Source: Candidatus Zixiibacteriota bacterium
GTDB taxonomy: Bacteria; Zixibacteria; MSB-5A5; JAABVY01
Reading direction: 5' to 3'
Assembly: GCA_014730285.1 (NCBI GenBank)
Contig: WJIM01000141.1
Coordinates: forward strand, 1 to 43,092
Length of the DNA stretch: 43,092 bases
A model generated the notes under the pieces. It saw only the letters and a program-made list of their open reading frames with translations, made no database searches and had not been told where the DNA came from. Positions 26,398 to 35,300 of this stretch are shown here, piece after piece. The translations under genes and the position numbers were made by a program. Positions within the stretch are counted from its first letter, which is position 1. Each line of letters starts with the position of its first letter.

Positions 26398-27219
26398 ATG
26401 GGATTTATTAAGCAGGTCTTTTCAGGAATATATAATCTGGTTGCGGGTCTTTTTGTCACCGGCAAGCATCTGGGAAGACATGCAATCACACTGCAGTACC
26501 CCAAGGAGCGCTGGGAGATGCCGGAGCGTTCGCGCGGAGTAGTTGTGCTTCTCTCCAATCTCGAGACAGGCAAACTGAACTGCACCGCCTGCCTGCTTTG
26601 CATGAAAGCCTGCCCCACCGGCGCGATAATTATCGACAGGGAGAAGAATCCCGATACCAAACGCTGGGAACCGACCAAATTCGTGATCGACAATACGATC
26701 TGCGCCTTCTGCGGCCTTTGCGAGGAATCCTGTAATTTCGATGCTATTAAGCTGACAGGAAAATATGAGTTCTCGGTTTTCGATCAGGCCGAGCTGATTT
26801 ATGATCTCGATAGGCTGGCTGAGCTGGGACGGGATGTGAAATACACCCCTCGCAAGAAACCTGCGGCCAAGAAGAAAGCGGCCCAGCAAAAGCCTCCCGC
26901 AAGCGCTAAAAAACCGGACGAGAAAAAAGCCGAAAAAGCTGAGGATAAACCCGGGGAAGAAAAACCTGAGGCAAGAGCGGCGGAAAAGCCTGCTAACAAG
27001 CCAGAGAATAAAGCAGAGGAAAAAGCTGAATCCAAACCGGATGAAAAGCCCGAGGAGAAACCAGCTCCAAAGCAAGCTGAGAAGCCGGTTGAAAATAAAG
27101 AGAAAGCCGAAGCGGCTGATAATAAACCGGAAGAGAAAAAGTCCGAGAAGCCGGATGAACCAAAACAGGAGAATCTGGATCTGGACAAAGAAAAAGATAA
27201 AAAGGATTCGGGGAACTGA
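26398..27219 (+). CDS. nuoI: NDH-1 subunit I (2x[4Fe-4S] ferredoxin-type) with a ~120-aa Lys/Glu/Pro/Ala-rich C-terminal extension
   Basis: CTACLLCMKACP and CAFCGLCEESC cluster motifs lie within aa 1-~150. Residues ~151-273 are low-complexity (six EKP tripeptides, many KP/EE/KK). Confidence 0.9.
   Translation: MGFIKQVFSGIYNLVAGLFVTGKHLGRHAITLQYPKERWEMPERSRGVVVLLSNLETGKLNCTACLLCMKACPTGAIIIDREKNPDTKRWEPTKFVIDNTICAFCGLCEESCNFDAIKLTGKYEFSVFDQAELIYDLDRLAELGRDVKYTPRKKPAAKKKAAQQKPPASAKKPDEKKAEKAEDKPGEEKPEARAAEKPANKPENKAEEKAESKPDEKPEEKPAPKQAEKPVENKEKAEAADNKPEEKKSEKPDEPKQENLDLDKEKDKKDSGN
26848..27216 (+). repeat. Low-complexity coding tract (reiterated GAR-AAR-CCN-type codons) encoding the NuoI tail
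   Basis: Recurring gaaaagcc / gagaagcc strings. The purine-rich sense strand generates long artefactual ORFs on the opposite strand. Confidence 0.8.
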
Positions 27220-27734
27220 TGCTGGAAGGATCGACAGCGATAGCATTTTATATCATTTCCTTTGTGATGATTTTGTCCGCCATAGCTGTGGTTACGCTCA
27301 AGAATATATTTCACGCGGCCTTATTCCTTGTTCTGACACTCTTCGCAGTAGCCGCGCTCTACATCCTGCTCTCGGCTGAATTTCTGGCCGCGGTGCAGGT
27401 CTTGATATATGTCGGTGCGATCTCGATTTTGATGATATTTGCAGTTATGCTGACCGCACAACTGACAAATTACAATATCAAGCAAACCAATGAACAATCA
27501 CTGCCCGCGCTTTTGATATCGGTATGTTTTATCGGGATAACTATTTTTGCCATAGCAACCAACAACAAACTGGGCGGATTCCCGATCAAGGAGAATACCG
27601 AGATTGCAGGTTCGAACACCGCCAATCTGGGTCAGCTTTTGATGCGGGATTTCATCCTGCCTTTCGAGGTGGTCTCGGTCCTGCTCCTGGCGGCATTGAT
27701 AGGCGCAATTGTAATTGCAAAGAGGGATAACTAA
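27219..27734 (+). CDS. nuoJ: NDH-1 subunit J
   Basis: 171 aa, five TM segments, in the typical NuoJ position. The ATG overlaps the nuoI TGA by 1 nt. Confidence 0.9.
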   Translation: MLEGSTAIAFYIISFVMILSAIAVVTLKNIFHAALFLVLTLFAVAALYILLSAEFLAAVQVLIYVGAISILMIFAVMLTAQLTNYNIKQTNEQSLPALLISVCFIGITIFAIATNNKLGGFPIKENTEIAGSNTANLGQLLMRDFILPFEVVSVLLLAALIGAIVIAKRDN

Positions 27735-27737
27735 AAT

Positions 27738-28049
27738 ATGCAGGTGGAATTAATACACTTTCTTTGTCTGGCCGCGATTCTTTTTGGAATCGGCCTTTAC
27801 GGCGTCCTGACCCGCCGCAATGCTATCGGGATATTGATGTGTGTCGAGCTGATGTTCAACGCTGTCAACATCAACTTCATATCATTCGCCAAATTCATCA
27901 CACCCGATAAAATCATCGGACAGGTCTTCGCCGTGTTCGTAATCGTAATAGCGGCCGCCGAGGCCACTGTTGGACTGGCTATTGTAATTTTGATATACAG
28001 GAATTTCAAAGATGTGTTCATCGACAAAATGAACATCATGAAGTGGTAG
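27738..28049 (+). CDS. nuoK: NDH-1 subunit K
   Basis: 103 aa, three TM segments, conserved membrane Glu residues (MCVELMFNA...AAAEATVGLAI). Confidence 0.9.
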   Translation: MQVELIHFLCLAAILFGIGLYGVLTRRNAIGILMCVELMFNAVNINFISFAKFITPDKIIGQVFAVFVIVIAAAEATVGLAIVILIYRNFKDVFIDKMNIMKW

Positions 28050-28053
28050 CTAA

Positions 28054-29991
28054 ATGGTTGAGCATTTATGGACAGTACCGGCTATGCCTATCATGGCATT
28101 TGCGGTAATAGTATTATTCACACGGTTCTCGGAAAAGCTTTCCAAGACTATATCGATCTTTGCCATCTCTTACGGATTCGTATATTCCACGCTTACACTG
28201 ATCGAAACGTTGGGCAGGCCTTCGGGCTTTGCTGTAGATAAAGGCTTCGACTGGCTGGTGCTGGGCAGTTTTAAGCTGCAAATAGGCATGTATGTCGACG
28301 GCCTGACAGTGGTTATGCTCATGGTGGTCACTATTGTTGCGCTGCTGGTGCATGTATATTCGATCGGCTATATGAAAGGCGATCCCAGAACCTCGCGCTA
28401 CTTCTCGTTCCTGTCGCTGTTCTCGTTTTCCATGCTGGGTCTGGTGCTGGCCAACAACTTCTTCATGATTTTCTGTTTCTGGGAACTGGTCGGAGTAAGC
28501 TCTTACTTCCTGATCGGCTTCTGGTACGAAAAAAAGTCGGCCTCAGATGCCGGCAAAAAAGCTTTTATCACCAACCGTATCGGCGATTTCGGCTTTATAA
28601 TAGGCTTGCTTCTGATCTTCTTCACCTTCGGAAGTCTGGCGTACTCGGATATCTTTGCGGCGGTTCATCACGATGCCTCGCATTTCCAGGCCGGAACGCT
28701 GGCCGCAATTGGAATCTTCCTATTCGCCGGAGCAGTCGGCAAATCGGCGCAGTTTCCTCTGCATGTCTGGCTGCCCGATGCTATGGAAGGTCCCACTCCG
28801 GTATCGGCCTTGATTCATGCCGCTACAATGGTTGCCGCCGGTGTTTATATGGTTGCCAGGGCGCTGGTAATTTATCATGCCTCCCCTGAGGCTGGAATGG
28901 TGGTGGCTTGGGTGGGCGGCATAACTTCATTGATGGCGGCTACCATCGGACTTGTGCAAAAGGACATAAAGCGCGTGCTGGCGTATTCTACAGTATCCCA
29001 GCTGGGCTACATGATGATGGCCCTGGGACTGGGATCTTTCACCGCCGGAACATTCCACCTGATGACACACGCTTTCTTCAAGGCCTGTCTCTTTCTGGGC
29101 GCGGGTTCAGTGATCCATGCAGTACACGCCCAGGACATCTTCCGTATGGGCGGGCTGTCGAAAAAAATGAAAGCAACATCGACGACTTTTATAATAGCTT
29201 CACTCTCGATTTCAGGAATATTCCCGCTCTCGGGATTCTGGTCAAAAGATGAGATTATAGCATCCGCCGAGGGCTATCTGCCGCTTCTGATCCTGGCTAT
29301 TGTGGTAGCCTTTATGACCGCCTTCTATATGTTCAGGCTGGTCTTCCTGACCTTCTTCGGCGAGCCGCGCGACAAAGAGGCTTACGAGCATGCTCACGAA
29401 TCGCCCAAGGTCATGACCTGGCCCTTGATAATTCTGGCCTTCCTTTCGATTTTCGCCGGATGGGTGGGGATTCCCTGGCTGCCTAAGGGATTCAGCTCAT
29501 TTGCTGTCGATTTCGGCCATGGCGCGCATCATCCGCATTTCAACTTCCTTTTGGCGGGAATCTCAACTGTTGTGGCTTTAAGCGGAATATTCCTGGCATA
29601 CATGATGTATATCCGCAGATCGATTGATCATGTTGCCATCGGACAAAAATTCAGCGTTCTCTACAAATTCTTATTCAATAAATGGTATTGGGATGAAATC
29701 TATAACGCCGGGGTAATCGGACCTCTTTTATGGTTCGCGGAATTCCTGGCGAAATTCGATAAATGGGTAATCGACGGCATAGTAAACTTTATGGGTAAGT
29801 TCACCCTTTTCCTCTCCTGGCTGCACAACCTGTTCGATAGATATGTGATCGACGGAGCTGTGAACGGCGCGGGATATACGGTCAGGGGAATCGGCTGGGT
29901 CTTCAGCCGGGCCCAGACAGGCCGTCTGTATAACTATGCTTTTATTATAGTACTTGGAATCGTGGTAATTTTGATAGTCAAGCTTTTCTGA
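28054..29991 (+). CDS. nuoL: NDH-1 subunit L (antiporter-like, with a long C-terminal lateral helix region)
   Basis: 645 aa. WELVGVSSYFLIGFW, GKSAQFPLHVWLPDAMEGPTPVSALIHAATMV. Confidence 0.95.
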   Translation: MVEHLWTVPAMPIMAFAVIVLFTRFSEKLSKTISIFAISYGFVYSTLTLIETLGRPSGFAVDKGFDWLVLGSFKLQIGMYVDGLTVVMLMVVTIVALLVHVYSIGYMKGDPRTSRYFSFLSLFSFSMLGLVLANNFFMIFCFWELVGVSSYFLIGFWYEKKSASDAGKKAFITNRIGDFGFIIGLLLIFFTFGSLAYSDIFAAVHHDASHFQAGTLAAIGIFLFAGAVGKSAQFPLHVWLPDAMEGPTPVSALIHAATMVAAGVYMVARALVIYHASPEAGMVVAWVGGITSLMAATIGLVQKDIKRVLAYSTVSQLGYMMMALGLGSFTAGTFHLMTHAFFKACLFLGAGSVIHAVHAQDIFRMGGLSKKMKATSTTFIIASLSISGIFPLSGFWSKDEIIASAEGYLPLLILAIVVAFMTAFYMFRLVFLTFFGEPRDKEAYEHAHESPKVMTWPLIILAFLSIFAGWVGIPWLPKGFSSFAVDFGHGAHHPHFNFLLAGISTVVALSGIFLAYMMYIRRSIDHVAIGQKFSVLYKFLFNKWYWDEIYNAGVIGPLLWFAEFLAKFDKWVIDGIVNFMGKFTLFLSWLHNLFDRYVIDGAVNGAGYTVRGIGWVFSRAQTGRLYNYAFIIVLGIVVILIVKLF

Positions 29992-30023
29992 TATTAGGAA
30001 GCTAAGAGGAGGAGTGCATAGCG

Positions 30024-31583
30024 ATGGAATCTTTTTCGTTCCCGATTTTGACGCTGATGATCTTCATTCCAATAATCGGAATGCTGATCCTGGCGTTCCT
30101 GAAACAAAGCCAACTGCAGGCGATCCGGACGGTCTCGGCCGTATTTTCCGGAATACCTCTGGTTCTGGCAGTTGTACTGCTGGCAAATTACGATCCGGGC
30201 GGCGGCTTTCAATACATTGAGAAAGTCTCCTGGATACCGTCATTGAATATTCACTATTTTCTCGGTGCCGATGGCATCTCCATGCCGATGCTGGTATTGA
30301 CCGCACTCCTCTCATTTATTTCAATAATAGCATCCTTTGGAATCGTCCATCGCGCCAAAGAATATTTCATTTTCTTCCTTCTCTTGCAGGTCGGTATGAT
30401 GGGCGTCTTCGCGGCCCTCGACTTCTTCCTGTTCTACATCTTCTGGGAAATCATGCTGGTACCGATGTACTTCCTGATCGGTATCTGGGGAGGCCCCAGA
30501 AAGATCTATGCGGCTATCAAGTTCTTCCTTTATACATTGTTCGGCTCGATCTTCATGCTGGTCGGAATTCTGGTACTCTATTTCTTTGCGGTCGATCCGA
30601 GCACAGGAGCTAATATCTATACGCTCGACTTAACGATTCTGGCCCAGATGGCACAGAACGGCGACGGCCTCTTCCTGCGTGAAGGGCTCCAGCTTATGGT
30701 CTGGATGTTTTTCTTCATCGCATTCGCTATCAAGGTCCCGGTCTGGCCGTTCCATACATGGCTGCCCGACGCTCACGTTGAGGCGCCCACGGCTGTCTCG
30801 GTTATTCTTGCCGGGGTTCTTTTGAAGATGGGCACCTACGGGCTTCTCAGAATATCATTCCCGATCCTGCCCTATGGCACAGATTATTTCTCGAATTTCA
30901 TGGCGGTGCTGGGCGTGATCGGCATTATTTACGGCGCGCTGGTATCAATGGCGCAGAAGGACTTGAAAAAACTGGTGGCCTACTCCTCGGTTTCCCATAT
31001 GGGCTACTGCCTGCTGGGTATGAGTGTCTTTTCCCATTTTGGGAAGGAATTCATTGTGGGAATATCGGGGTGTATGTTCCAGATGATCTCGCACGGCCTG
31101 ATCACCGGCGCACTCTTTTTGCTTGTCGGTGTTATCTATGACCGCGCCCATACACGTGAAATCGCCGCCTTCGGAGGTCTCTGGACAAAGGTGCCGGTTT
31201 ACGGCTCGCTGATGACATTTTTCTGCATGGCATCTCTGGGTCTGCCGGGACTTTCCGGATTTATCTCCGAGTTCCTGATATTCGTAGGCGGCTTTGCCAG
31301 ATATAAAATCCTGACCGGTATCGCGGTCCTGGGTGTGGTGCTGACCGCCGGATATTTCCTGAGGATGATCCAGAAGGTCTTCCTGGGACAGTTCAATATC
31401 AAATGGTCAGACCTGACCGAGATAAACTTCCGGGAAATATTCACAGTAACGCCTTTGGCAATACTGACGCTTCTAATCGGTATTTATCCGAGAGCATTAT
31501 CATATATGATGGATGACACACTGATTGATCTTTCCAATCGGATTATCGATGGTGTCAATATCGTTAAAGGGATAATAGGATGA
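30024..31583 (+). CDS. nuoM: NDH-1 subunit M (antiporter-like)
   Basis: 519 aa. FYIFWEIMLVPMYFLIGIWGG, KVPVWPFHTWLPDAHVEAPTAVSVILAGVLLKMG. Confidence 0.95.
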   Translation: MESFSFPILTLMIFIPIIGMLILAFLKQSQLQAIRTVSAVFSGIPLVLAVVLLANYDPGGGFQYIEKVSWIPSLNIHYFLGADGISMPMLVLTALLSFISIIASFGIVHRAKEYFIFFLLLQVGMMGVFAALDFFLFYIFWEIMLVPMYFLIGIWGGPRKIYAAIKFFLYTLFGSIFMLVGILVLYFFAVDPSTGANIYTLDLTILAQMAQNGDGLFLREGLQLMVWMFFFIAFAIKVPVWPFHTWLPDAHVEAPTAVSVILAGVLLKMGTYGLLRISFPILPYGTDYFSNFMAVLGVIGIIYGALVSMAQKDLKKLVAYSSVSHMGYCLLGMSVFSHFGKEFIVGISGCMFQMISHGLITGALFLLVGVIYDRAHTREIAAFGGLWTKVPVYGSLMTFFCMASLGLPGLSGFISEFLIFVGGFARYKILTGIAVLGVVLTAGYFLRMIQKVFLGQFNIKWSDLTEINFREIFTVTPLAILTLLIGIYPRALSYMMDDTLIDLSNRIIDGVNIVKGIIG

Positions 31584-33037
31584 ATTTAAGATTCGACATA
31601 ATGATTCCGGAGCTGTTTCTTTTCGGCTGGGCTATTGTTGTACTGACTGCCGACCTGTTTTTCATAAAGGAAAAGAAAAATGCTTTGCTCTATATGTCCC
31701 AGTTCGGATTTCTGGCGGCTGCAGCGCTTGTGATTTTCACCCCCACCGGCCCCAATGAAGTGGGATTCGGTTATATGTTCTATAACGACACCTTCGCTTC
31801 ATTCTTCAAGATCGTGATTCTTCTGGCCGGATTCATGGCTGTCAGCTCATCATTCGAGGCCGTCCAGAAATCGATTGAACACAAGGGTGAATTTTTCGGG
31901 CTTGTCATTATGTCGGCTGTGGGGATGATGTTCCTGGTCTCCTCGACAGAACTGGTTTCGCTGTATGTCGCGCTTGAGCTCTCGACCATCCCGCTCTTTA
32001 TCCTGACGGCATTCCAGAAAAGATATCTGAAATCATCCGAGGCCGGGCTGAAATACCTGATTCTCGGCGCACTTTCCTCTGCCCTGCTTTTGTACGGTAT
32101 GAGTTTCATGTACGGCATGACCGGCACGACCGTTTTGCTTGCCGGGTCTATCACTATGCTTTTGAACAGCGCCAATGTTCATTACGGCCTGGTACTGTCT
32201 CTGGTATTGGTTGTGGCGGGTCTGGGCTTCAAGCTGGCCCTGGTGCCGTTTCACATGTGGGCGCCGGATGTTTACGAGGGAGCTCCCACACCGATTACGT
32301 CATATCTGTCGGTAGCATCAAAAGCCGCAGGCCTGGCCGCTCTAACACGGATTGTATACGGCTTCTATACGGTTGGAACTGCTGCCGAATACTGGGGCAT
32401 TCTGATTGCCATTCTGGCAGCATTGGCCATGATAATCGGTAATTTCGCCGCTTTACTGCAGTCTAATATCAAGCGCATGCTGGCCTATTCCTCGATAGCT
32501 CAGGCCGGATATATTCTTGTCGGATTCGTGGCCGCCTCACAACTTGGATTATCAGGAATTTCAATATATATCTTCGCCTATCTCTTCGCCAACATGGGCG
32601 CATTTGCAATTGTGGTTGCGGTCGACCATAAGCTCAACAGCGATAGGATCGAGGATTATGCCGGTATGGCGCGCCGTTCTCCGCTTATTGCGGTATGTAT
32701 GACCATATTTTTGCTTTCGCTGGCAGGGATTCCACCCACAGCCGGATTTATTGCGAAGTATAAGGTCTTCATGGCCGCTATCGAAAACGGCACACTTTTC
32801 TGGCTGGTGATGATCGCTGTTGCAACAACGGTAGTATCGATCTTCTATTACGCTCGCGTTATCAAGGAGATGTTTATCACTGAGCGCGAGGTGGAAAGCT
32901 CCGAATCAAAATGGATACTCTCCTCGCCGATTACGATTGCGATTCTGGTGGGCTTGATTGGCACCCTGATAATCGGCATTTATCCCGAGCCATTCCTGGA
33001 GTTGGCCAGTACTGTTACGCAATCATTTGTCTATTAA
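31580..33037 (+). CDS. nuoN: NDH-1 subunit N (antiporter-like)
   Basis: 485 aa. LALVPFHMWAPDVYEGAPTPITSYLSVASKAA. Overlaps the nuoM stop by 4 nt. Confidence 0.95.
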   Translation: MNLRFDIMIPELFLFGWAIVVLTADLFFIKEKKNALLYMSQFGFLAAAALVIFTPTGPNEVGFGYMFYNDTFASFFKIVILLAGFMAVSSSFEAVQKSIEHKGEFFGLVIMSAVGMMFLVSSTELVSLYVALELSTIPLFILTAFQKRYLKSSEAGLKYLILGALSSALLLYGMSFMYGMTGTTVLLAGSITMLLNSANVHYGLVLSLVLVVAGLGFKLALVPFHMWAPDVYEGAPTPITSYLSVASKAAGLAALTRIVYGFYTVGTAAEYWGILIAILAALAMIIGNFAALLQSNIKRMLAYSSIAQAGYILVGFVAASQLGLSGISIYIFAYLFANMGAFAIVVAVDHKLNSDRIEDYAGMARRSPLIAVCMTIFLLSLAGIPPTAGFIAKYKVFMAAIENGTLFWLVMIAVATTVVSIFYYARVIKEMFITEREVESSESKWILSSPITIAILVGLIGTLIIGIYPEPFLELASTVTQSFVY

Positions 33038-33330
33038 TCTTGACAACCCCGGCTGAATAATTTATTTATTGCTGGGTACTGTTATGAATCGAGACGAGAA
33101 ACCTCCCAGTTGCAATTCCGTTTTATCCGACGGCAGATACTGCCTTTGTAATATCTATTTCCCCAGGAGGCCGCTCTGCCGGGCAGGAATACTTGCCAAT
33201 CAAAATAAAACACAATATATTTCTAAGCTGAATAGATCAGGCCATGTATCGCGCTATGGATTTTATTTAATCCGGGCGATTGCACCCATACGACAAATGG
33301 CCGATAATTATATGAGGACGGTTATTAAGT

Positions 33331-34236
33331 ATGAAGCTTTCCAGAATTCTCGATAAAGATCTGGTTGTTCCAAGACTGAAATCTCGTTACAAGATTGACG
33401 CTATCGGGGAAATCCTCGATAAGGTCATTGATAAATACCCCCATCTGGATAGAAAAACCCTGGAAGCCAAGATAATCGAAAGAGAAAACATAGAAAATAC
33501 CTCCTATGGACGCGGATTCGCATTTCCTCATGCCCGCACTGATGCTGTGGATGAGATGTATACCGCATTAGGGCTCGCCCCCGAGGGGCTTGAGGACAAA
33601 ACCGAGGATCAGCAGAGCCTCAGGGTTATCTGCCTCATGCTTACGCCTTCGACGATTTCCAAGAGCTATCTGCAAACGCTTTCAGCCTTTGCCAGTTTTG
33701 CCAGAACACCAGGCAATACCGAGAAGCTATTAAATGCAGGCAGTGTTGATGAAATCATCGATGTGATCGAGGAATCCGGAGTAGAGGTCAAACGCGAGCT
33801 TACCGTAGGTGATGTTATGAAGCGAGTTGTTATCACCGTTAAGCCGCAGGACTCCCTCAAGTCGGTTGCCAATGTTATGTTCAAGCACAGGATTTCGGGC
33901 GTGATAGTGGTCGATGATGAGTACCATGTGGTGGGCATGATCTCCAATCGTGATATAATCCGTGCGGCCCTTCCCGATTACCAATCGCTGATATCCAATC
34001 TGGCTATGTCCTACGATTCGGAATCGTTCGAGAATGTTCTGCGTACTGAGGAAAATGTTCGCGTTGGCGATCTGATGGATAAAAATGTCGAGACTGTAAC
34101 AGAGCAGACTTCTGTGGTTGAGACCGCAGCCCTGATGCTGTTCAAGGATCTGAGACGGGCACCTATTGTCAAAAACGACAAGCTGGTCGGCGTGATCACG
34201 ATTTCGGACATAGTCTCGAAAATCATCCGCGGATAG
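33331..34236 (+). CDS. Fusion protein: PTS EIIA type-2 (PtsN/EIIA-Ntr-like) domain plus a tandem CBS pair
   Basis: The N-terminal ~150 aa are colinear with PtsN, including the phosphorylatable His context (GFAFPHART). These are followed by two CBS motifs (VGDVMKRVVITV...GVIVVDDEYHVVGMISNRDII; VGDLMDKNVETV...APIVKNDKLVGVITISDIV). Confidence 0.8.
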   Translation: MKLSRILDKDLVVPRLKSRYKIDAIGEILDKVIDKYPHLDRKTLEAKIIERENIENTSYGRGFAFPHARTDAVDEMYTALGLAPEGLEDKTEDQQSLRVICLMLTPSTISKSYLQTLSAFASFARTPGNTEKLLNAGSVDEIIDVIEESGVEVKRELTVGDVMKRVVITVKPQDSLKSVANVMFKHRISGVIVVDDEYHVVGMISNRDIIRAALPDYQSLISNLAMSYDSESFENVLRTEENVRVGDLMDKNVETVTEQTSVVETAALMLFKDLRRAPIVKNDKLVGVITISDIVSKIIRG

Positions 34237-34345
34237 AATCATCTCCAGCTTTCTTTACCGCTTTTTATTTACATACCCTGCGACTTTTCTTATAATGGCA
34301 TAATTAAATCAACCTGTTTGATATTAGAATTGGAGTTAAAGCTCT

Positions 34346-35281
34346 TTGCTTCTTACGGTATTACTTCTTCTGGCCGGTGCGGTTTTTCTGTATACGGGCG
34401 GCAACTGGCTTGTACAGGGATCATCCTCATTCGCATTACGGCACGGGGTCTCCAAGCTTGTAGTCGGTTTGACAATCGTCGCCTTCGGAACCTCCGCGCC
34501 TGAATTATTCATCTCAACAGTAGCAGCTCTTAAGGAAAGCACCTCAATAGCTATAGGAAATATTGTCGGCTCAAACATAGCCAATATCGCCCTGATCCTG
34601 GGCTTTGCCGCCATAGTCAATCCGCCGCGCGTATTGACTCCCACCATTCGAGTGCAGATACCGTTTGCCATTATAATTACCGGTATCTTCCTGGCACTAA
34701 CCCTAAACGGCCAGATAGCGGCTGTCGATTCTGTGGTTCTTCTCTCCTGCTTTGCCCTCTTCACCGGGTACTGCATCTGGAGCGCTCGTGAAAAGGGCAA
34801 AATAAAGGTCGAGGTCGAAAGTATTCTGCCCAGTCCACTCAGGGATGTTGTCTATATAATGATCGGTCTGGCAGGTCTGACACTCGGCTCCGAGGTTTTC
34901 GTGCGCGGCTCAATCAGGCTGGCAGAGTACTTTGGCGTTTCGGAATTCATGATCGGCCTCTCGGTCGTTGCACTGGGCACATCACTGCCGGAGCTTGCCA
35001 CTTCGATTGTAGCGGCGGCCAAACGCGAATCGGAAATTGTAGTGGGCAATGTTATAGGCTCCTGCATTTTCAATATACTGCTGGTCATGGGAATTGTCGG
35101 CCTGATAAAACCGATCTACAAACCGGATATGTCGATTCTTCTGGATATGGGGGTTATGCTGGGACTCACCATACTTCTTCTGCCAATGTTTTATACCGGC
35201 AGACGCCTGAGCCGTATCGAGGGCTTCGCTCTTTTGCTTGTCTATGTTGGATATATCACATACATAGCGATACGCGGCTAA
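34346..35281 (+). CDS. Ca2+/cation antiporter (CaCA family, YrbG-type Na+/Ca2+ exchanger)
   Basis: 311 aa, ~10 TM segments, both alpha-repeat signatures (GTSAPELF and GTSLPELATS). TTG start, position uncertain. Confidence 0.85.
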   Translation: MLLTVLLLLAGAVFLYTGGNWLVQGSSSFALRHGVSKLVVGLTIVAFGTSAPELFISTVAALKESTSIAIGNIVGSNIANIALILGFAAIVNPPRVLTPTIRVQIPFAIIITGIFLALTLNGQIAAVDSVVLLSCFALFTGYCIWSAREKGKIKVEVESILPSPLRDVVYIMIGLAGLTLGSEVFVRGSIRLAEYFGVSEFMIGLSVVALGTSLPELATSIVAAAKRESEIVVGNVIGSCIFNILLVMGIVGLIKPIYKPDMSILLDMGVMLGLTILLLPMFYTGRRLSRIEGFALLLVYVGYITYIAIRG

Positions 35282-35300
35282 TTCCTGAAGGCCGCACTAA

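Noticed and set aside
26848-27216. Reiterated short DNA motifs that could be mistaken for a tandem-repeat or CRISPR-like array.
   Set aside because: The repeats are imperfect and codon-phased, have no unique spacers, and lie inside an intact reading frame. This is low-complexity coding sequence, not an array.
26422-27314. Two long minus-strand ORFs (274 aa and 171 aa) opposite nuoI and the nuoJ start.
   Set aside because: They are shadow ORFs created by the purine-rich low-complexity tract of the NuoI tail. Their products are F/L/S/R-rich nonsense, they have no SD, and they overlap a well-supported operon.
33299-33306. Perfect GCCGATAA (sigma28 -10 element) 25 nt upstream of the EIIA-CBS gene.
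   Set aside because: There is no TAAA at the -35 position 15 nt upstream (it reads TGCA). It is also too close to the start codon to leave room for a leader with the SD, so it is probably a chance match.
33069-33356. 95-aa ORF in the nuoN / EIIA-CBS intergenic region.
   Set aside because: It has no SD and an odd composition, and it overlaps the start of the better-supported downstream gene. Likely non-coding.
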